A stretch of DNA of 64,000 bases from Candidatus Limnocylindrales bacterium. GTDB taxonomy: Bacteria > Moduliflexota > Moduliflexia > Moduliflexales > JAUQPW01. The notes under the pieces were generated by a model, which saw only the letters and a program-made list of their open reading frames with translations, searched no databases and was not told where the DNA came from. The stretch covers positions 23,677 to 87,676 of the forward strand of contig DATMBG010000015.1 of assembly GCA_035559535.1 (NCBI GenBank). Direction: 5' to 3'. The position numbers and the translations under genes were made by a program. Positions 57,996 to 64,000 of the stretch are shown here, piece after piece. Each line of letters starts with the position of its first letter. The first letter of the stretch is position 1.

Positions 57996-59141
57996 ATGGA
58001 AATCCACATCGAACGAAAAACCTTTTTAGAAGGAATTCAACAGGTTCAGAGCGTTGTCGAAAGAAAAAGTACTTCCCCTATACTCTCCCATGTCCTGTTG
58101 GAGACAAAGAATACCATGCTCTCTTTAACGGCCACAGATCGTGAAATTAGTATAGAAACTCTCTTGCCAGCTTCCATTACCAAACCGGGGAGTATCACAT
58201 TATCTGCCCAAAAACTTTTTGAAATCTTGAAAGAACTTCCTGAAAGTTCCGTTCATCTGAGTACGCAAGAAAATCACTGGGTCGTACTAAAATGTCAGAA
58301 CTCTACTTTCCGTCTTGCAGGACTTCCCAAAATCGAATTTCCCGAACTTCCCTCTGTAAAAAGCGATGAATCCTTTGATCTGGAAAGTCCAATACTTCGG
58401 GAGATGATTACCAAAACCTCCTTTGCAATCTCCCATGATCCCAATCGAAATGCTCTGACTGGTTCATTATTCCATACAGATAATGACAGATTATCCATGG
58501 TTTCTACAGATGGTCATAGACTGGCCGTCATCACAAAGGAAATCCCAAAAGATTCGGCCCTAAAAAATTTTGAAGTGATTATACCCTTTAAGACCGTCAT
58601 GGAGGTTAAAAAACTTTGTGATTCCTCCCCATCTACAGGGAAGCAGGAGGGGGCAGAGGCACAGCGCCATGTACCTGTACTAAATATCGGATTTGGAAAT
58701 AATCAAATTATTTTCTCCAAAGAAAACACAACCCTTATTTCGCGTCTTATTGATGCGCAATTTCCAGATTATAAACAGGTTATCCCTAGAACTTCCCTTT
58801 ATCATATCAGTATGAATAAAGAAGCCTTTCACAGAGCGGTTCGAAGGGTTTCCCTTCTTTCTAATGAAAAATCTCGGCTGATCAAGTTTACCATCAGCCC
58901 GGGATTATTACACTTAACTTCCTTCGATCCTGAATTGGGAGAAGCCAGAGAAGAATTATCTGTAGAATACAGCGGAGATGAGGTCGTTATTGGCTTTAAT
59001 GCAAAATACATCAGCGAGTTTCTCTCGGTCATAGAGGGTGAAACTCTCCATATGGAGTTTAACGATCCCCTTAGTCCGGGCTTATTTACCTCTCCAGAAG
59101 AAAAAGACTTCCAGTGTGTAATCATGCCCATGCGGGTTTAA
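57996..59141 (+). CDS. dnaN: DNA polymerase III beta sliding clamp
   Basis: 381 aa with three-domain clamp pattern (MEIHIERKTFLEGIQQVQSVVERKSTSPILSHVLLE..., TDGHRLA, C-terminal MPMRV). Confidence 0.95.
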   Translation: MEIHIERKTFLEGIQQVQSVVERKSTSPILSHVLLETKNTMLSLTATDREISIETLLPASITKPGSITLSAQKLFEILKELPESSVHLSTQENHWVVLKCQNSTFRLAGLPKIEFPELPSVKSDESFDLESPILREMITKTSFAISHDPNRNALTGSLFHTDNDRLSMVSTDGHRLAVITKEIPKDSALKNFEVIIPFKTVMEVKKLCDSSPSTGKQEGAEAQRHVPVLNIGFGNNQIIFSKENTTLISRLIDAQFPDYKQVIPRTSLYHISMNKEAFHRAVRRVSLLSNEKSRLIKFTISPGLLHLTSFDPELGEAREELSVEYSGDEVVIGFNAKYISEFLSVIEGETLHMEFNDPLSPGLFTSPEEKDFQCVIMPMRV

Positions 59142-59198
59142 CCGGGGTCTAAAGTCTAGGGTCGCCTGCCTTGAGACTTTGGATTTTGGATTTCTGTT

Positions 59199-60305
59199 TT
59201 GTATCTTAAAAACCTTAAGTTGATCCATTTCCGTAGCTTTAGTTTTCTGGAGATGGAATTTATCAACGGCATCAACCTGATATATGGACCCAATGCCGCA
59301 GGTAAAACCAATCTGCTGGAAGGTATCCATATTTTATCCAACCTCAGGTCTTTTAGAACTTCAGGGATCTCCGAGCTGATTCAATGGGAGGCAGTCTCTG
59401 CCAGCATATCGGGAGAGGTGACCACGCAGGAGGGTATTCAGAAATCTTTAACCGTCCTGTTAGAATCTAATAGACGAATGGCTCTGGTTCAGGGAAAAAG
59501 ATCTTCACCCAAAGATTACTTAAGCTTATTTCCCACCGTTACTTTCTCCCCAGATGATCTAGGCATCGTCAAGGGCCCTCCGTCCGAACGTCGCAGTTTT
59601 ATGGATAAAGGAATCTTTCAACTGTCTCCCACCTACTGGGCAGATCTATCAGATTACAATCAGATCCTTAAACAAAAAAATGCTCTTCTCAAGCATGAGA
59701 GCCTCGAACAGAGCTCGGGGAAATCGGATTTAGAGATCTTACAGGTTTTAAATGAGCAGATGCAGAGGGTAGGGAGTCGAATTATCTATGCCCGGCGGGA
59801 GTATCTCAAAAAACTCCAGGAAGCTCTCCAAAGAGTTTATAAGCACTGGTTGTCCGATCATGAGGATATCCAAATAATATATAAATCAACTCTGGGAAAG
59901 GACTTTTTGGAATTAAATCTGGACGGAATCCAGGGGTTATATCAGACGGTCCTACAAAAGATGGAGGAAAAAGAGTTACGTTATCAGGCCTCCCTGGTAG
60001 GCCCCCATCGCGACGATATGGAAATTTTCCTGAATGGACGTCCTATCCATGCCTTCGGTTCCCAGGGCCAACAGCGCACCGCCGTTCTTGCCCTCAAGCT
60101 GGCATCTTCGGAAGTTTATGTCCATCATCACGGGGAATATCCGGCTCTTATCCTGGACGATGTAACCTCGGAGTTGGATCCTTCTCGAAACGAAAGGCTC
60201 CTGGAGTATTTAAAAAATAATTTTCAGGTCTTTCTAAGCTCCACCGTAAAGCTTCCCTACTTGGAAAACATGAGTTCCTGCACATCTTTTGAACTCTCTC
60301 CCTAA
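59199..60305 (+). CDS. recF: DNA replication and repair protein RecF
   Basis: 368 aa, TTG start. Walker A GPNAAGKTNLLE, signature FGSQGQQRT, Walker B LILDDVTSELD. Confidence 0.93.
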   Translation: MYLKNLKLIHFRSFSFLEMEFINGINLIYGPNAAGKTNLLEGIHILSNLRSFRTSGISELIQWEAVSASISGEVTTQEGIQKSLTVLLESNRRMALVQGKRSSPKDYLSLFPTVTFSPDDLGIVKGPPSERRSFMDKGIFQLSPTYWADLSDYNQILKQKNALLKHESLEQSSGKSDLEILQVLNEQMQRVGSRIIYARREYLKKLQEALQRVYKHWLSDHEDIQIIYKSTLGKDFLELNLDGIQGLYQTVLQKMEEKELRYQASLVGPHRDDMEIFLNGRPIHAFGSQGQQRTAVLALKLASSEVYVHHHGEYPALILDDVTSELDPSRNERLLEYLKNNFQVFLSSTVKLPYLENMSSCTSFELSP

Positions 60306-60310
60306 GTGCT

Positions 60311-60595
60311 ATGTACCTGCATATCGGGATGAATATCTACATCTGGACCCACCGGATTGTTGGAATCTTTAACTCAGAGCTTTATAAAAAGAGCCCGGCA
60401 TTTCGAACCTTTTTGGAAGAAGCCAAAGTGGTCGATAACGGATTAACCCTCGATCAGGTTAAGTCATTTATATTAACGGATTCCAATGTTGTTTACTGGT
60501 CTAATGTTCATAGCCGAACCCTTCGACAGCGCTGTAGAAGAGGATTAATAGATAACCTTGGCTTACAAGAACCCCCAGCGCTTCCCTCACACTAA
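60311..60595 (+). CDS. DUF370 (RemB/YaaB-like) protein
   Basis: 94 aa. MYLHIGMNIYIWTHRIVGIFN...KSFILTDSNVVYWSNVHSRTLRQR parallels B. subtilis YaaB/RemB (MYIHLG...IVGIFD...SP.SS.TLKKR, from memory). It holds the same recF-gyrB position as in Firmicutes. Confidence 0.7.
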   Translation: MYLHIGMNIYIWTHRIVGIFNSELYKKSPAFRTFLEEAKVVDNGLTLDQVKSFILTDSNVVYWSNVHSRTLRQRCRRGLIDNLGLQEPPALPSH

Positions 60596-61336
60596 CTTCC
60601 CGTATGAAAAAACCAGCCGAATACCGGCATTTCGTATAGCTTGCTGTACTTCAGGTCGGGCCCGGTAGCAAAAGCATACAGGGAATATCTCGCCTACCAG
60701 ATGATTTCGTGCACGTCTTACCTGTTCAATGAACCTTTCTACCTCCCTTAAAGTCAGGTTATGTTTTGCCTCTCCAACTATCCAGATCTTCCTGTCTGGT
60801 CTTACCGGGTCGGTAGCGGTTCCAAATATATTTACCTCCTCTGGCTCGCCATTCCATGTTTGCCAGGATCGCTCCAGCACATTTACTTGCCAGCCAAATT
60901 CACGTTTCAACACCTCGTGTAGGACAATATAGGCTATATCCTCGATATCTCCACCCACCGTTTCACTCAATCCACCAACCTGTTTATGGAGGGCATCAAC
61001 AGCAATAACCAGCCGTTCTACAGCCAACTCCAGTCTTTCCACGGCCGACTCCAATCTGCTGACCCGTTCCTCAACCCCACTGAGTCTTTCTTCACTGCGA
61101 CGTTGGGCTTCGGCCAGTTCTGAGATCTGTTCTTCGACTCTATGTTGGGCTTCTGCCAACTCCGTTACAATCTGCTTCAGTTCTCGAAAATCCTCTCGTG
61201 TTACCCCGGCCTGATATATCTGTAGGGCTACCTTGTCTAGTACACTCAGGAGAACATTTGCAGTCCGTTCATCAAAGGTTTGACGTAACTCGGTTAGCAA
61301 AGCCTCTCGGTTGATGAGTATGAGTGTATCACTCAC
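60587..61336 (-). CDS. coiled-coil protein with C-terminal PD-(D/E)XK-like nuclease fold
   Basis: 249 aa. Central repeats ELAEAQHRVEEQISELAEAQRRSEERLSGVEERVSRLESAVERLELAVERL. The C-terminal EVNIFGTATD...KIWIVGEAKHNL gives a D...ExK pattern. It resembles the multi-copy cyanobacterial/Chloroflexi family often mis-annotated as a chordopoxvirus fusion protein (from memory). Confidence 0.6.
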   Translation of the reverse strand: MSDTLILINREALLTELRQTFDERTANVLLSVLDKVALQIYQAGVTREDFRELKQIVTELAEAQHRVEEQISELAEAQRRSEERLSGVEERVSRLESAVERLELAVERLVIAVDALHKQVGGLSETVGGDIEDIAYIVLHEVLKREFGWQVNVLERSWQTWNGEPEEVNIFGTATDPVRPDRKIWIVGEAKHNLTLREVERFIEQVRRARNHLVGEIFPVCFCYRARPEVQQAIRNAGIRLVFSYGKLV

Positions 61337-61465
61337 AGTTCCACCCTCTGTTTGGAATTTAAGAATCTTACCATGTTGTTAAAAATTTACTTCCCTAATC
61401 CTTCTTCTTCAATAGTTTTGCAAAGTTTGTTTCCAGGTGTAAATTCTCGTAATGCAGATTTGATG

Positions 61466-61624
61466 GTAACTGTAACCATTTAGTAGGGGTCACCTTTTTC
61501 TGTCTGAACACCCCCCTGGCCCCCCTCCAGGGGGATTGACGTGGGGTGGCCGCTGCTGAAGTCTCCCCTGGAGGGGGGCCAGGGGGGTGTTTCTTTTTCC
61601 ACCTACTAAAATGGATACGGATAC
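61466..61624. repeat. ~160-bp long-hairpin (MITE/REP-like) element, copy B
   Basis: Same outer and inner arms as copy A in the same orientation. The 29-nt loop 61535-61563, ATTGACGTGGGGTGGCCGCTGCTGAAGTC, matches the reverse complement of the copy A loop at 27/29 positions. Confidence 0.85.
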
Positions 61625-61641
61625 AAAACTGCACTTAACGC

Positions 61642-61670
61642 TTGACAAGCCCAAATAAGTTTGTCATAAT
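61642..61670 (+). promoter_or_regulatory. putative sigma70-type promoter of gyrB
   Basis: TTGACA (61642-61647), 17 nt, CATAAT (61665-61670). This implies a ~170-nt leader. Confidence 0.5.
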
Positions 61671-61807
61671 AAGCAAAGAAAAGGTGAAAGTAGACGAAAA
61701 ATTAAAATAAACGTATTCTGAGGATAAGAATTTATATCAGGTAGAAGTTTGAAGACTCAAGTTAGTGAATTCCAAGGTTATGGCTTGTGGGAATTGAGGG
61801 GCCATAA

Positions 61808-64000
<2,193 letters not shown>

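Overview
64-kb chromosomal window from a bacterium whose lineage I cannot assign from sequence alone. About 55 protein genes, 1 tRNA, no rRNA, no CRISPR array, and no recognisable transposase or integrase. The right third is the replication-origin neighbourhood: mnmG-mnmE-jag-yidC-yidD-rnpA-rpmH on the minus strand, an AT-rich spacer with two perfect head-to-head DnaA boxes, then dnaA-dnaN-recF-remB-like-gyrB on the plus strand. The rest is mostly housekeeping (ftsK, rlmN, gpsA, glmS, hom-thrC, rarA, aceA with a divergent RamB-like regulator, ferredoxin-NADP reductase). It also holds a Wsp/Frz-like chemosensory operon (cheW-cheW-cheB-cheR(TPR)-cheA(REC)) with a nearby MCP and solute-binding protein, a REC-PAS-GGDEF-EAL protein, and two tandem giant secreted SBBP beta-propeller proteins. 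Main observations: (1) a ~160-bp hairpin element occurs twice (28050-28210, 61466-61624) with same-orientation arms but a reverse-complemented 29-nt loop (flip/flop), each copy just upstream of a consensus TTGACA promoter. (2) mnmG carries a ~70-aa foreign C-terminal tail, apparently the small partner gene of a nucleotidyltransferase cassette fused through an A7 homopolymer, next to a decayed Uma2 nuclease gene. (3) ftsK stops right after the motor domain (no gamma domain), and its stop codon overlaps the 3' end of an antisense tRNA-Lys. (4) A coiled-coil PD-(D/E)XK-like gene sits inside the normally conserved recF-gyrB block. (5) A family of G-rich/C-rich imperfect palindromes (GTATGGGAG / CTCCCATAC) lies at gene ends. 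Functions are assigned from motifs I recognised by eye; no searches were run.
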